DNA from: Anaerohalosphaeraceae bacterium
Lineage (GTDB): Bacteria; Planctomycetota; Phycisphaerae; Sedimentisphaerales; Anaerohalosphaeraceae
Assembly (NCBI GenBank): GCA_050309605.1
Contig: JBNRMN010000003.1
Coordinates: 1 to 64,000, forward strand
Reading direction: 5' to 3'
Length of the DNA: 64,000 nucleotides
Positions within the stretch are counted from its first letter, which is position 1, and every line of letters starts with the position of its first letter. The notes beneath the pieces are model-generated. The model saw only the letters and a program-made list of their open reading frames with translations. It was not told where the DNA came from and did not search any database. This document shows, one piece after another, positions 10,093 to 20,412 of this stretch. The translations under genes and the position numbers were made by a program.

Positions 10093-11103
10093 TTACAGCT
10101 TCGCGATTTTGTCGATAATATCAACGGTACGGCAGGAATAACCCCATTCGTTGTCGTACCAACTGACGACCTTGACGGTCTTGCCCTGCACCATCGTGCA
10201 CAGCGAGTCAAAGATGCTCGAATGGGTGTTGCCAATGATGTCGCTGCTGACGATCGGCTCATCGCAATAGGCCAGAATCCCCTTGAGCGGACCTTCGGCG
10301 GCCTTCTTGACGACCGCGTTTACCTCTTCCTTGGTCACTTCCTTTTTCAGATCGGCCACCAAATCCACACAACTGCCGGTAATCACCGGCACGCGAAGGG
10401 CGTAACCGTCCAGCTTGCCGTTCAATTCAGGAATGACCTTGCCCACGGCCTTGGCGGCCCCGGTGGTGGTCGGAATGATGTTCTGTGCCGCAGCGCGTGC
10501 CCGACGCAGATCCTTGTGAATCTGATCGCACACATTCTGGTCGTTGGTGTAGCCGTGGACCGTGACCATCAGGCCTTTTTCCACACCGAACGCATCGTTC
10601 AGGGCCTTGGTCAGCGGGGCCAGACAGTTCGTAGTGCAGCTGGCGTTCGAGATAAACTGAGTGGACTTGGTGATGATGTTGTCGTTGACGCCCAGCACGA
10701 CAGTCGCCTCAATGTCGTCCTTGGCCGGAACGGTCAGGATCACCTTTTTGGCGCCGGCCTTGACGTGATCGCCGTAACCGCCCTTGGGCGAACTTTTCTC
10801 GCGGAAAATACCGGTCGATTCAATCACCACATCGACCCCCATCTTGCCCCACGGCAGATCAGCGGGGTTGCGCTCGGCAAGCGACTTGATGGATGTGCCG
10901 TTGATGATGATGCTGTCCTCAGTCGCCTCGACAGTGCCCTTCCACGGCCCGAACACCGTGTCATACTTGAACAAATGCGCCAGGCTCTTGTTATCAGCCA
11001 GGTCGTTGATCGCGACCAATTCCATATCTTTACGGTCCATAATGATCCGAGCCACCGCACGGCCGATACGACCAAATCCATTAATTGCAACCTTTGTTGC
11101 CAT
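10093..11103 (-). CDS. gap: Type I glyceraldehyde-3-phosphate dehydrogenase
   Basis: INGFGRIGR, catalytic [28 protein letters not shown]. Confidence 0.98.
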   Translation of the reverse strand: MATKVAINGFGRIGRAVARIIMDRKDMELVAINDLADNKSLAHLFKYDTVFGPWKGTVEATEDSIIINGTSIKSLAERNPADLPWGKMGVDVVIESTGIFREKSSPKGGYGDHVKAGAKKVILTVPAKDDIEATVVLGVNDNIITKSTQFISNASCTTNCLAPLTKALNDAFGVEKGLMVTVHGYTNDQNVCDQIHKDLRRARAAAQNIIPTTTGAAKAVGKVIPELNGKLDGYALRVPVITGSCVDLVADLKKEVTKEEVNAVVKKAAEGPLKGILAYCDEPIVSSDIIGNTHSSIFDSLCTMVQGKTVKVVSWYDNEWGYSCRTVDIIDKIAKL

Positions 11104-11181
11104 CGAAAATCTCCTTTTCGAAAGACGTTAACACTCTATTTGCATACACTCTCCGCAGTCATACGGATTCACAGAGTGCGT

Positions 11182-11210
11182 AATGTAGAGCCAATTACGC
11201 CCCCTGTCAA
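11182..11210 (-). promoter_or_regulatory. Sigma70-type promoter of the gap operon
   Basis: Minus strand TTGACA-N17-TACATT. Confidence 0.65.
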
Positions 11211-11339
11211 GATTTTTTGCCTGATTTCCGCAAAGTATCCCCCGTATAACCTGCGGATTGGAGATATTGATTTTTATATCTTGTTGTGTTAGACTGGGGT
11301 TTTGACGTGAAGATCATGCAATAGGTCGGGAGCCAATAT

Positions 11340-11600
11340 ATGCCCGTGATTTCAATGTTTTTTGGAATTATTGTTCGGATGTTTTATGACGACCACAATC
11401 CTCCACATATCCATGTTGAGTATCAAGACCAAAAAGCCGTCATTGATTTTCGTGGAAATATCGTTAAAGGAGATATTAAATCGAGAACCGCGTTGAGACT
11501 CATAAGGGAATGGATTGATTTGCATAGCGAGGATCTTATGTGCAATTGGGAATTGGCAAAAACAGGAGAAGAAATCAACAAAATCAATCCTTTGGAGTAA
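11340..11600 (+). CDS. DUF4160-family small protein (putative toxin-antitoxin component)
   Basis: [28 protein letters not shown]...[13 protein letters not shown] signature; low GC. Confidence 0.85.
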   Translation: MPVISMFFGIIVRMFYDDHNPPHIHVEYQDQKAVIDFRGNIVKGDIKSRTALRLIREWIDLHSEDLMCNWELAKTGEEINKINPLE

Positions 11601-11604
11601 AAAT

Positions 11605-11862
11605 ATGTGGAATTGCAACGAACTGACCAAGATACAATATAAAAGAGACTATGTTTATCACTTGACTTTTGATGACAACACTTCGGGTGACGTCGATTTT
11701 TCTGCATATCTCCATAAAGGACCAATCTTTGCGCCATTAAAAGACAAGGCTTTTTTTAAGCAGGCTCAAATTGAAGGCGGCACGATTGCATGGCCTAATG
11801 GGGCAGATATAGCTCCGGAGACGCTTTATGATATGGTTTCTCAAGCGTCTTTATCTCGGTAG
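11605..11862 (+). CDS. DUF2442-family small protein (partner of DUF4160)
   Basis: [13 protein letters not shown]...[11 protein letters not shown]...[21 protein letters not shown] 4 nt after the DUF4160 stop. Confidence 0.85.
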   Translation: MWNCNELTKIQYKRDYVYHLTFDDNTSGDVDFSAYLHKGPIFAPLKDKAFFKQAQIEGGTIAWPNGADIAPETLYDMVSQASLSR

Positions 11863-13256
11863 AAAATATTAATTATGAGCACTTTTTTTGTTCGTTTTGA
11901 TACTTTTGCCCGATCATCCAGCCTCAACGGAGCCAGATAGAGGATTTTTTTTGCGTCAGCCAGTACAAAGATACGTCGTCTTTGCGGTTTGTGGATTTGG
12001 GAATCCTGCAAAAATCGGGCGACTTTTTTCTGATGGCCCAACCCTAAAGGGCAAAACCAGTCGCCCGGCCTGATTTGACGCACCACCAGCGGGCCATTGA
12101 TCCGCTCGGCGTCCAGCCATTCCGTAAAGGGGGGCTTATTGTGCAGATAATCAAAGAAATCTTTGCCTTCAATATCAATATAAAGCATCCGGATAGTATA
12201 GGGGCCAAAGTCAGTGTCCGTTCCGATAGAAACAGCCACCGGTTCACTCGGAAACACAGGGGGCTTCTCAGCGGGTGCAGAAAAGGTCAGCCTGTCGGCC
12301 TCCACGCTCACGGCAAGACGGCCCGGCCAGGTGATTTTCGCCGAATCCGCACGGGCGGCTTGCGCCATCAAATCTCGATAATGGCGACTGGTTACATCGC
12401 GTAGTCCGCCGCCCAATGCACAAATCGCCCGCCCGATCAATTCGACCTGTACCCACGGCGACTGCCGGATAAACTCGGAACGGCCGTATGACAAGGTATG
12501 CTCGCTGCGATCAACGGGCTTGACCGAATCGGCGCTCAATTCCACGCGGAGCCGCGCTGTATGGCTGGATTCTGCCAGCCGCCGCAGCCGGTCCGCCACA
12601 TCAGGCGATTGCGTTTGCAAGACCGGCAACAGCCGATGGCGAATCCGGTTTCGTGTAAACGCACACGACCGATTGGTCGCATCGTCGCGCCACACCCAAC
12701 CGCAATCCCTCAGATACGCTTCAATGTCCGCCCGCCGCACCGTCAGCAGCGGACGCACGAACCGCCGTCCGTTGAGCACCGTCATCGGCCGAATACCGCA
12801 CAGCCCGCCAAACGCCGTGCCCCGCATCAGTCGATGCACGACAGTCTCGGCCTGATCGTCGGCCTGATGGCCGGTCGCAACCGCCTGGCAGTCGGATTCG
12901 TTTGCCAGCGCCGCCAGCACATCGAGCCGCAAAGACCGTGCGGCGGTCTCAATCGACAGCTTCTGTTTGTGGGCACAACCGCGCACATCCACCCGCCGAC
13001 AAACACAGGGCAGACTCAGCCGCTCGGCCAGCGCTCGGACAAACGCCTCATCACCATCCGATGCGTCGCCGCGCAGCGTATGATTGACATGCCCGACGAC
13101 CAGCCGCACGTTGAGCCGTCCGGCGGCGACAAGCCGATGCAGCACCGCCGCCAAAGCCACGGAATCGGCCCCGCCGGAGACCGCCAGCAGCAGGCCGCTT
13201 ATCCCGTCAAGCAAACGGTGTGACGCGATCCATTGTGCCGCCTTGTCTTCGAACAT
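11841..13256 (-). CDS. tilS: tRNA(Ile)-lysidine synthetase
   Basis: [10 protein letters not shown]-loop, [32 protein letters not shown]-terminal TilS domain. Start moved to the ATG at 13256. Confidence 0.93.
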   Translation of the reverse strand: MFEDKAAQWIASHRLLDGISGLLLAVSGGADSVALAAVLHRLVAAGRLNVRLVVGHVNHTLRGDASDGDEAFVRALAERLSLPCVCRRVDVRGCAHKQKLSIETAARSLRLDVLAALANESDCQAVATGHQADDQAETVVHRLMRGTAFGGLCGIRPMTVLNGRRFVRPLLTVRRADIEAYLRDCGWVWRDDATNRSCAFTRNRIRHRLLPVLQTQSPDVADRLRRLAESSHTARLRVELSADSVKPVDRSEHTLSYGRSEFIRQSPWVQVELIGRAICALGGGLRDVTSRHYRDLMAQAARADSAKITWPGRLAVSVEADRLTFSAPAEKPPVFPSEPVAVSIGTDTDFGPYTIRMLYIDIEGKDFFDYLHNKPPFTEWLDAERINGPLVVRQIRPGDWFCPLGLGHQKKVARFLQDSQIHKPQRRRIFVLADAKKILYLAPLRLDDRAKVSKRTKKVLIINIFYRDKDA

Positions 13257-13263
13257 AACCCCC

Positions 13264-14544
13264 TTAGAAGCTGTATCGTACGGCGGCATAAATGTTGGTG
13301 TTGTCTTCGAACTGGCCGAAGAACGTGTGCGGTGATTTGCCGATAAAGACATTGGCGCCGGTTTCAAGCGCCAGATGATCCGTGGCCTTGTAGTGAAGAC
13401 TCGGACGCAGATAGGCGTCATTGTCGCTGGGGCTGTAGTACGTAAACATCGACACCTCAAGATTCTGATTCCACAGCAGTTGAGTCAGCCGCAGCGTCAT
13501 CACGTGCCGGTCGCGGTCGCGCAGCTTCGAGCCGGTCGGGTGCGAACGCTTATACGCACTGTAGTCCAGCATCTGTTCAATATAGTACTGCATGCCGGCG
13601 TTCAGATCAGCGACGATTTCCTGCGTGTAGCCGACCAGATAGCGCATTTCGGAATTGTTGATCAGCGGGTCTTTGCCGCTTTTGTCATCGGCGGATTCAT
13701 AGTAACCCACTTCCGCATGGGCAATGCCCGAACCGAGCGGACCTCGGACGCTGGCGCCGTACGCATTCAGATCCGGAAAAATCGGCCGGCCCGTCATTGG
13801 CGACTGTCCGGCGGGACTTTTCCAAAAGCCGCGGTAGCCGTACAGCGCCACCTCATAGGTGCTGATGGTGCGGTACAGCCGCACGGCAATTTCATCGTCA
13901 CGAAACCAGTCATCAGGCCGCTCGGCCGGCGTGCGTCGGTCGCGACCGGCACGCCGATTCTCAGGGGCATACCAATACGACAACCGCTCACCCCGAACAT
14001 ATCGGTCGGGGTCGAACTGCGGCGTATAGACGATATCAATATTGATCGGCTCGGTAAAAAAACTCAGTTTGGCCGCGTCGGACGGCGCTTTGAGGTAATC
14101 CACATCGCGCCCAATGAAAAACGCCTGCCAGTCTTTGGGAAACAGGTCATTGATAAACAGCAGGTCGCCCGTGCCCCAGGTCAGAATCTGCCGACCGATT
14201 TTGACATCCAGAAAATCAGTCGGACGGGCAAACACCCACCCCTCGCGAAAATCAAAATCGCCCTCTTCCAGCACAAAATCGCCCAGCAGATCGCCTTTGA
14301 ACTTGAAATCCGCCCAGTCAGTGAAGGTGGATGCCTCAAGCTGCAAGCGGGTTTCCATCATCGACTTGTCTTTCTGATAGCGGTCGTTCTGCGTGCGATA
14401 CCCCCCGCGCATCTCATAAAACCCGTGAATCTGGGGCGGGGAAAAGTCGTCCCAAAACGACCCGCCTTCATCGGCAAAGACAAGAGCGGACAGCAAAAAA
14501 GTCATTATTCCGAAACCTGTTTTCTTAAAGATTGCTCTGCCCAT
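13264..14544 (-). CDS. Outer-membrane beta-barrel protein (DUF1302-like)
   Basis: Signal peptide, KIGRQILTWG motif, amphipathic strands and C-terminal YAAVRYSF aromatic end; last gene of the MMPL/LolA-like unit. Confidence 0.72.
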   Translation of the reverse strand: MGRAIFKKTGFGIMTFLLSALVFADEGGSFWDDFSPPQIHGFYEMRGGYRTQNDRYQKDKSMMETRLQLEASTFTDWADFKFKGDLLGDFVLEEGDFDFREGWVFARPTDFLDVKIGRQILTWGTGDLLFINDLFPKDWQAFFIGRDVDYLKAPSDAAKLSFFTEPINIDIVYTPQFDPDRYVRGERLSYWYAPENRRAGRDRRTPAERPDDWFRDDEIAVRLYRTISTYEVALYGYRGFWKSPAGQSPMTGRPIFPDLNAYGASVRGPLGSGIAHAEVGYYESADDKSGKDPLINNSEMRYLVGYTQEIVADLNAGMQYYIEQMLDYSAYKRSHPTGSKLRDRDRHVMTLRLTQLLWNQNLEVSMFTYYSPSDNDAYLRPSLHYKATDHLALETGANVFIGKSPHTFFGQFEDNTNIYAAVRYSF

Positions 14545-14584
14545 CGTTAAACCTCTGGTATTATCTTCCGCCCCTTCGGGGTGT

Positions 14585-14615
14585 TTGCCTTTTACCTTTT
14601 ACCTTTTGCCTTTTG
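14585..14615. repeat. Tandem 7-nt repeat T(G/A)CCTTT x4
   Basis: TGCCTTT-TACCTTT-TACCTTT-TGCCTTT-TG. Confidence 0.75.
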
Positions 14616-14616
14616 T

Positions 14617-15450
14617 TTACCGCATCGCTTCGCGCGGGGGGCGTTTGAGATAGCGCTCGGTGAAGATAGTGTCGTTCAGACCCAGATTGTACTGGATATC
14701 GGAGAAGGTCATCTCGGTGGTGCTGCCGCTCTTGAGGTCTTTGACAACGGATTCGGTCACGGTGGGGTACGCGACTTCTTTGCCGTCTTCGGTCGCCTTG
14801 ATCATCTCGAGCGTTTTGGATTCGATAATGCGATAGAGCTTGTCTTCATTTTCATAATACTCCATCTTCATCGGCATAAACGTCGTCTTGTCGATAAAAA
14901 CCAGAAAATACGCAAACTCGACCGTCTCCGGTTTTTTGGGCACACTCTTTATGACATAGTGTTCCTCGGTGGTGCGAAGCAGCTCGTGTGTATCTTCGAG
15001 CAGACTGCGTCCGGACACATCCTCATACAAAAAATCCGACCCGACAAAGCTGGTGCGTTTGTCCCCGGCGGCAATGCGCCGCACCAAATCCAGATTCGGC
15101 AGATACAGCCAGCGGTCGTCGTCCTTGTCCGGAGCGGCGTACTTGTGCACCATAAACACCATCCGACGCACATCGGCGGGCGCCTGGAAATAGACAAAAT
15201 ACTTCTGGTCTTCTTTGTTCTCATCGTTCTTGCGCAGGATGATAAACTCACGGTTGCGCGTGCGCCCCTGTCGGTCGGTGATGGTCATCTTGACCTTGCT
15301 CTTGCCGTCCTGACCCTGATAATAGGCCACATGGTTGGCTTTTGTGACGATCTGATCGACCGTCGGCGTTTGCCCCGGCGCATGCGAACCCAAGGCGGTT
15401 AGGACAAAGAACAGACGTATCGAAAGCACATGGTTGATCAATCCTCTCAT
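14617..15450 (-). CDS. LolA-like outer-membrane lipoprotein-sorting family periplasmic protein
   Basis: Signal peptide; F.APADVR, DDDRWLYLPNLDLVRRIA, SFVGSDFLYED, IFTERYL motifs typical of the family. Confidence 0.85.
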   Translation of the reverse strand: MRGLINHVLSIRLFFVLTALGSHAPGQTPTVDQIVTKANHVAYYQGQDGKSKVKMTITDRQGRTRNREFIILRKNDENKEDQKYFVYFQAPADVRRMVFMVHKYAAPDKDDDRWLYLPNLDLVRRIAAGDKRTSFVGSDFLYEDVSGRSLLEDTHELLRTTEEHYVIKSVPKKPETVEFAYFLVFIDKTTFMPMKMEYYENEDKLYRIIESKTLEMIKATEDGKEVAYPTVTESVVKDLKSGSTTEMTFSDIQYNLGLNDTIFTERYLKRPPREAMR

Positions 15451-15479
15451 TATAGCACCTCACTTTCACCCTTTCAGGG

Positions 15480-18317
15480 TTATGGGTTTTCCGTTGCATT
15501 TGTTTTACACGCCTGTCGCCGCGCCATCAGGCCGCAGGCCAGTATCAACACCGGCACCACAGCCAGACTGACGACTGTCAGCGTCGTAACGCCCATTTGC
15601 CAGTACTGATGCAGATTCAGCGCAATCAGCGCCACCACGGCGATGGAAATAACCAAACAAAAACCGCAGTTGCAGGACATCGATTCAATTTGAGCGGCCT
15701 TCTTGAACAGCCGCGATTCGGAAACCGCCATCACCGCCGGCAGCGCCAGCAGAGTGACAATACCCGATACGGCCATTATCGCACACAGAAAAATACCAAC
15801 GGTCTTGTACGGCACCAGCGGCGCAGCCAGCAGCGGCAGAAATCCGATTGCAATGACCAGTACATTACGACTGATCGCGCGGGCCGGCTCGCCGAACATC
15901 TCCGGCGCAGTTTCGGCCCAGGAGCCGGTCTTCTTGTGCATCTCCCGGCTGCGCTGGAGAAAGTGAATCGCAAAGTCCACCGCCATCCCCAGCGTCAGCG
16001 CACTGAGCACCGCCACCGGCATATCGTAATCCTTGCCGATAAACCCGATCACGCCGTAAATCGCCGCAATGGTAATGGTCAACGGAACCATACACAGCAG
16101 CCCCCACAACGGCGAACGGAACAAAATCGACATCATAATAAAGACCACCAGGAAACTGCCGAGAAACGATTGCAGCATCCCCCAGACCATCTTTTCCTGC
16201 CAGATAATATTGATATAGGTCAGCCCCGCCCAGTGGTGCTCCAGCGGAACCGGCGGCGCGTGTTCCTGAAAATACGCATCGACCGCCTCGACGACCCGTT
16301 CCATATCCTTGTTGTCGCCGCTGGTCAACTGCATCCAGATCACAGCGTGCCGATAATCCGGCGTGACCATATGCCACAAATCACCGGGGCGGTGGCTTTG
16401 CTGGTACTGGATATAACACTCGGCCACCCCCTGAAGACGGTCGGGAATGCGGTAACTTTCGGGCCGTCCGTCGATCAATTCCTGGTTGACCTTGCGCACA
16501 ATGTCGGCGATTGAATTGCTCTTTCCGACCAGACCGACCTGTTCCAAATGCCCCTGCAAATCGGCCATATACCGCAGCACATCGGGACGCTTGAAGCTGT
16601 TCAGGCGTTCTTTTTCCACGCCCAAAATCGTCCGCAGTTCCTCCCAGGCGTAAAAGGCGTCATCGTCGGCGTCCAGCGATTGCTCGTCAATCCACGCCAT
16701 GGCCGCGTCAAGAAATACCGGCTGCGACAGCCCGTCATCGGCCAGATCGTTCAGCCGCTGCGTGAGCCGCTCGGCAAACGCCGGCGCCGCTGGAAACGCC
16801 TCGTTCAGTGTACGGACTTCCTCGAATACCCGCTCGTTAATGGATTTGACATAGGCCACATCCGCCGGCAGGTCGCCGCCGCCTTCCAGCACCAGATAGG
16901 CCATATACGTGCCGCCGAAATGATCGTTCAGGGCGGTATCGGCCACGCGAATCGGATGGCGGCGGGAGAACCACTTGACGGGATTGTCGTTGATTTCGAT
17001 GCGGGTGATACCGTAGATCGAGACGCCGACGAGGATGACCAGCACCGTCAGAATCGGCTTAGCAAAGCGCGTCGTCAGTACCCCCGTTTGCCGCAGCAGG
17101 CGGGTCAGCGGCGTTTCTTTTCTGTCGTGCTGCACGGCCAGGCCGAAATTCTCAAGCTGTCGGTCGGGAATGAACATCACATACGCCGGCACAAACAGAA
17201 TGGTAAACAGCCAGGCCAGCATAATCCCAACGGCCACAAACACGCCGAAGACCTGCACCGGCGGAATCGGCGTCAGCGCCAGCGACAAAAACCCCGCCGC
17301 CGACGTCAGCGACGTATAAAGCATCGGCACGAACAACTCGTGCATCACTTCTTCAATGGTTTTGCGCCGCCCTTTTTCCTTGGTATAAAGATCAAAAAAT
17401 TCCGACAGGATATGCACCGAATCGACCACCGCTATCGGCATCAGAAAAATCGGAATCATCGAACTCATAATATGCACCGGATACCCGAACCCGATCAGCA
17501 GCCCCATCGTCGAAATAACCGAGACCATCGCCACGATCATCGGCGAAATGACCAGGACCAGTTTGCGGAAAAACAGCAGCATCAGCACAAAAATCGTCGC
17601 CATTGCCAGCGGCGCCGAAATCGCCATCTGAATGAACATCACCACGCCGAATGTGTCCTCGGCCACCGGCAATCCGGTAATGTGATAGTCCTCATCGCCG
17701 CCCAGCTCGGCAATCTTTTTGTTTAAGGCGGTATAGACGCGATAGCTCAGATGCTTGTCGGTCAACGGGATAAGCAGCATCATCGCCCTGCCGTCTTCAG
17801 AGACCATCGTCCCCTTGAACATGGGATTGCTCAGGACCTTATCGCGAATCTCCAGGGCTTGTTCCTGTGTTGTCGGCGGCTGCGGCATCAGCCATTCGAA
17901 GGTAATCATCCCCGGCGCATCCTGCGAAATATGATCGACCAGCGACGGGGCAATCATATCCACTTCCACCACGCCGATGGTCTTTTCCGGATCGTGCGGA
18001 TCCGGCCAGCGCAAGTCTTTGGCAAACTCGGTCAATTCATAAATCCGCCCCAGCGTGTCGGGGTTGAATACGCCTTCGGGATGCTGTTCGTTGATCACGC
18101 CGAGCACCACGATATCGCTCAGATCGAACGTCTGCTTGGTCTGATTATGAAAAACGCGAACCGGCTCGTCCCTGCTGAGCATATTCTCCGGATCGGTATC
18201 GACCTGAATCAGCGGAATAAACGCCCCGCAAATCAGCGTAAAGACCACCATCCCGACAGTCACCAAAACAGGATGATGGGCAGCCCAGTGCGCCAGCGTG
18301 TCCTTAAATCTGTTCAT
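15480..18317 (-). CDS. MMPL-family (RND superfamily) transporter with a C-terminal Cys-containing 2-TM extension
   Basis: Two MMPL repeats (IAVVDSVHIL / GMAVDFAIHF), DTDPENML, GLPVAEDTFG. GAGGGG precedes the ATG at 18317. Confidence 0.9.
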   Translation of the reverse strand: MNRFKDTLAHWAAHHPVLVTVGMVVFTLICGAFIPLIQVDTDPENMLSRDEPVRVFHNQTKQTFDLSDIVVLGVINEQHPEGVFNPDTLGRIYELTEFAKDLRWPDPHDPEKTIGVVEVDMIAPSLVDHISQDAPGMITFEWLMPQPPTTQEQALEIRDKVLSNPMFKGTMVSEDGRAMMLLIPLTDKHLSYRVYTALNKKIAELGGDEDYHITGLPVAEDTFGVVMFIQMAISAPLAMATIFVLMLLFFRKLVLVISPMIVAMVSVISTMGLLIGFGYPVHIMSSMIPIFLMPIAVVDSVHILSEFFDLYTKEKGRRKTIEEVMHELFVPMLYTSLTSAAGFLSLALTPIPPVQVFGVFVAVGIMLAWLFTILFVPAYVMFIPDRQLENFGLAVQHDRKETPLTRLLRQTGVLTTRFAKPILTVLVILVGVSIYGITRIEINDNPVKWFSRRHPIRVADTALNDHFGGTYMAYLVLEGGGDLPADVAYVKSINERVFEEVRTLNEAFPAAPAFAERLTQRLNDLADDGLSQPVFLDAAMAWIDEQSLDADDDAFYAWEELRTILGVEKERLNSFKRPDVLRYMADLQGHLEQVGLVGKSNSIADIVRKVNQELIDGRPESYRIPDRLQGVAECYIQYQQSHRPGDLWHMVTPDYRHAVIWMQLTSGDNKDMERVVEAVDAYFQEHAPPVPLEHHWAGLTYINIIWQEKMVWGMLQSFLGSFLVVFIMMSILFRSPLWGLLCMVPLTITIAAIYGVIGFIGKDYDMPVAVLSALTLGMAVDFAIHFLQRSREMHKKTGSWAETAPEMFGEPARAISRNVLVIAIGFLPLLAAPLVPYKTVGIFLCAIMAVSGIVTLLALPAVMAVSESRLFKKAAQIESMSCNCGFCLVISIAVVALIALNLHQYWQMGVTTLTVVSLAVVPVLILACGLMARRQACKTNATENP

Positions 18318-18448
18318 TGTCGGTCCCCTCGATACGCTGTTAAGTGGTTCGTCAGACCGGTGTGCTCCACGACAACCACGACACGGCCCGTCGTCCGTAC
18401 TCTTATTAGAACACCGCCCAACAGTAAACTCAAGCGTTTGATTATCAT
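18314..18448 (-). CDS. Possible 44-aa coupled small ORF
   Basis: ATG 3 nt after the ArsR stop; its TGA overlaps the MMPL ATG (ATGA). Sequence MIIKRLSLLLGGVLIRVRTTGRVVVVVEHTGLTNHLTAYRGDRQ. Confidence 0.3.
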   Translation of the reverse strand: MIIKRLSLLLGGVLIRVRTTGRVVVVVEHTGLTNHLTAYRGDRQ

Positions 18449-18451
18449 TTT

Positions 18452-18775
18452 TCAAATCCTTTCCGAAAAGGTGTTACTCGTCCGGTCGTAATCGGCTGGA
18501 TCACAATGGTCATACACACAATGCAGCAGATGGATAACATTTCGATTCAGAATACGGTAGTAAACCTTAGTCCCCTCGCGACGACAGCCCAAAATCCCTT
18601 TATCTTTCATCAGGCCCAGATGCTGACTAATCGCCGACTGGGGATGTCCTGTTTTGGCGACAATCTGGCCCACGCAGCATTCGCCGTCTTCCAGTGCCTC
18701 GACAATCTGCAGGCGAACAGGGTGAGCCACCGCCTTGAGAACGTCCGCAACGTGTTGTGCTGTAAGCAGTTTCAT
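18452..18775 (-). CDS. ArsR/SmtB-family transcriptional repressor
   Basis: LKAVAHPVRLQIVEAL, QSAISQHL, RREGTKVYY; five Cys. Confidence 0.92.
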   Translation of the reverse strand: MKLLTAQHVADVLKAVAHPVRLQIVEALEDGECCVGQIVAKTGHPQSAISQHLGLMKDKGILGCRREGTKVYYRILNRNVIHLLHCVYDHCDPADYDRTSNTFSERI

Positions 18776-18790
18776 TCTTAGAACCCGTTG

Positions 18791-18825
18791 TATTAGAATA
18801 TTCAAATATATAGATTATTGAATAT
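18791..18825. promoter_or_regulatory. Candidate ArsR operator
   Basis: Near-palindrome TATTAGAATATTCAAATA (18791-18808) overlapping ATATTCAA-N12-TTGAATAT (18798-18825), just upstream of arsR. Confidence 0.55.
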
Positions 18826-19017
18826 AATAATATTCGAAAAACACACAAGAATGTTCTCTAAAATTAAAAAAATTCTGAAATTTGGTAACGCTTGGCCGTC
18901 TAACGTGTTTATATAACATATGAATCCTCTTTTCATCGCCGTCGGAGAGGTTAAAATAGAGCATCGCAAAGCCGGATACAGGGGCCTCTTAGGGACATAT
19001 TTATTGAAAGGTCGCGC

Positions 19018-20412
19018 GTGAAAAAACTCATTATTGGTATTATTATTATCGTTGCAGTTATCTTTGGCCTGTTTTCATACAAAAAACATCGCGAACTCAA
19101 AGCCACCCAAAACACCGGACCGGTTGTGCGTCTGGAAACGGTTCAGCGCGGCGAGTTTGTCGAGATTGTCAGTGCACCGGGCCAGATTGAACCCAAGACC
19201 GAGGTGGAAATCAGCGCCAAGATAGCGGGGCGGATTTTGGAACTGCCCTGTCCGGAAGGAGCACACGTCACCAAAGGCGATCCGACCGCCGCTCCGCCGA
19301 AACCGCCGTCGATACTGGTGCAACTGGATGCGGCGGATATGGAAAGTCAACTGCGCAGTGCCGAGGCGACGCGCGACGCCCAAAAGGCCCAGATTGAGGT
19401 TGAAAAGGCCCGCATCGCCGCCCAAAAGGCCTCGCTCGAAGGCCTGGCCGCGACGGTCAACCGCGCCCGGCTGGAATATGAACGCCAGCAACGCCTGCGC
19501 GAAAGCCGCGACATCAGTCAGGCGGCATTTGAGCAAACCGAGTTTACATATCAGGAACTTAAGGCCCAATACGAATCGGCGGCCCACAACATCGCCGCGG
19601 CCGAGCTGAATCTGGTTGTGATGGAGCATAATCTTCAGGCCGGCCAGGCCCGCGTCGATCAGGCCCGCGAGACGCTCAGCTATACCACCATCACCTCGCC
19701 CATCGACGGCGTCGTGACCCAGCTCAACGCCGAGGTCGGCGAGGTCGTGATGACCGGCACAATGAACAACCCCGGCACGGTCATTATGAAAGTGGCCGAT
19801 CTGGGGGTGATGATGCTGGTGGCCGAGGTGGACGAGGCCAACGTCGGGCTGCTGCGGGTCGGCCAGCCGGCCAAAGTCCGCGTCCAGGCGTTTTGGGACG
19901 AAGCGTTCGACGGGACGGTCGAATCCATCGCCCTGACGCATCGGTTTTCCTCGTCGGGCGTCAAATACTACCGCACGCGGATTCTGCTGAGCGGCGACGT
20001 ACACAAGCTCTATACCGGCCTGACCGGCACAGTAGAGATTGAAACGCGGCGTCATCCCGATGTGCTTAAGGTTCCCAGCCAGGCCGTGCTCGGATACGAG
20101 GTGGATACCCTGCCGGCCGCGATTCGCGACGACAACCCGCTGGTGGACGAACGCAAAACCGAAACCCCTGTGGTCTTTCGCTTCATCGACGGCAAGGCAG
20201 TCGTTACGCCGGTGGACATCGGCCCCAGCGACCTGACCCATACCCTTATTCGCGACGGACTGAACGAAGACGACCGCATCATCATCGGGCCGTACAATGT
20301 GCTGGAAACACTGCGGCACGATGCACCCGTCCGCAAAGAAGGCGACAACGCCGCGGTCACCGCCGAGGCAGAGGCCGTCGGCAATCCCCGCCCGCCCAGA
20401 GGTCAGCGATGA
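19018..20412 (+). CDS. MacA-like periplasmic adaptor (membrane fusion protein)
   Basis: N-terminal TM, long coiled-coil hairpin, [19 protein letters not shown] start. Confidence 0.9.
   Translation: MKKLIIGIIIIVAVIFGLFSYKKHRELKATQNTGPVVRLETVQRGEFVEIVSAPGQIEPKTEVEISAKIAGRILELPCPEGAHVTKGDPTAAPPKPPSILVQLDAADMESQLRSAEATRDAQKAQIEVEKARIAAQKASLEGLAATVNRARLEYERQQRLRESRDISQAAFEQTEFTYQELKAQYESAAHNIAAAELNLVVMEHNLQAGQARVDQARETLSYTTITSPIDGVVTQLNAEVGEVVMTGTMNNPGTVIMKVADLGVMMLVAEVDEANVGLLRVGQPAKVRVQAFWDEAFDGTVESIALTHRFSSSGVKYYRTRILLSGDVHKLYTGLTGTVEIETRRHPDVLKVPSQAVLGYEVDTLPAAIRDDNPLVDERKTETPVVFRFIDGKAVVTPVDIGPSDLTHTLIRDGLNEDDRIIIGPYNVLETLRHDAPVRKEGDNAAVTAEAEAVGNPRPPRGQR

Noticed and set aside
8691..11292. 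Long plus-strand ORFs (441 aa, 356 aa) opposite pgk and gap; similar ones opposite mutS, purB, the MMPL gene, macA and flotillin
   Set aside because: Antisense shadows of high-GC coding genes; no motifs, and they fully overlap confidently identified genes.
13257..13460. 68-aa N-terminal extension of TilS in the ORF track
   Set aside because: It overlaps the barrel gene in another frame; the ATG at 13256 with AAGGGG upstream fits a normal TilS.
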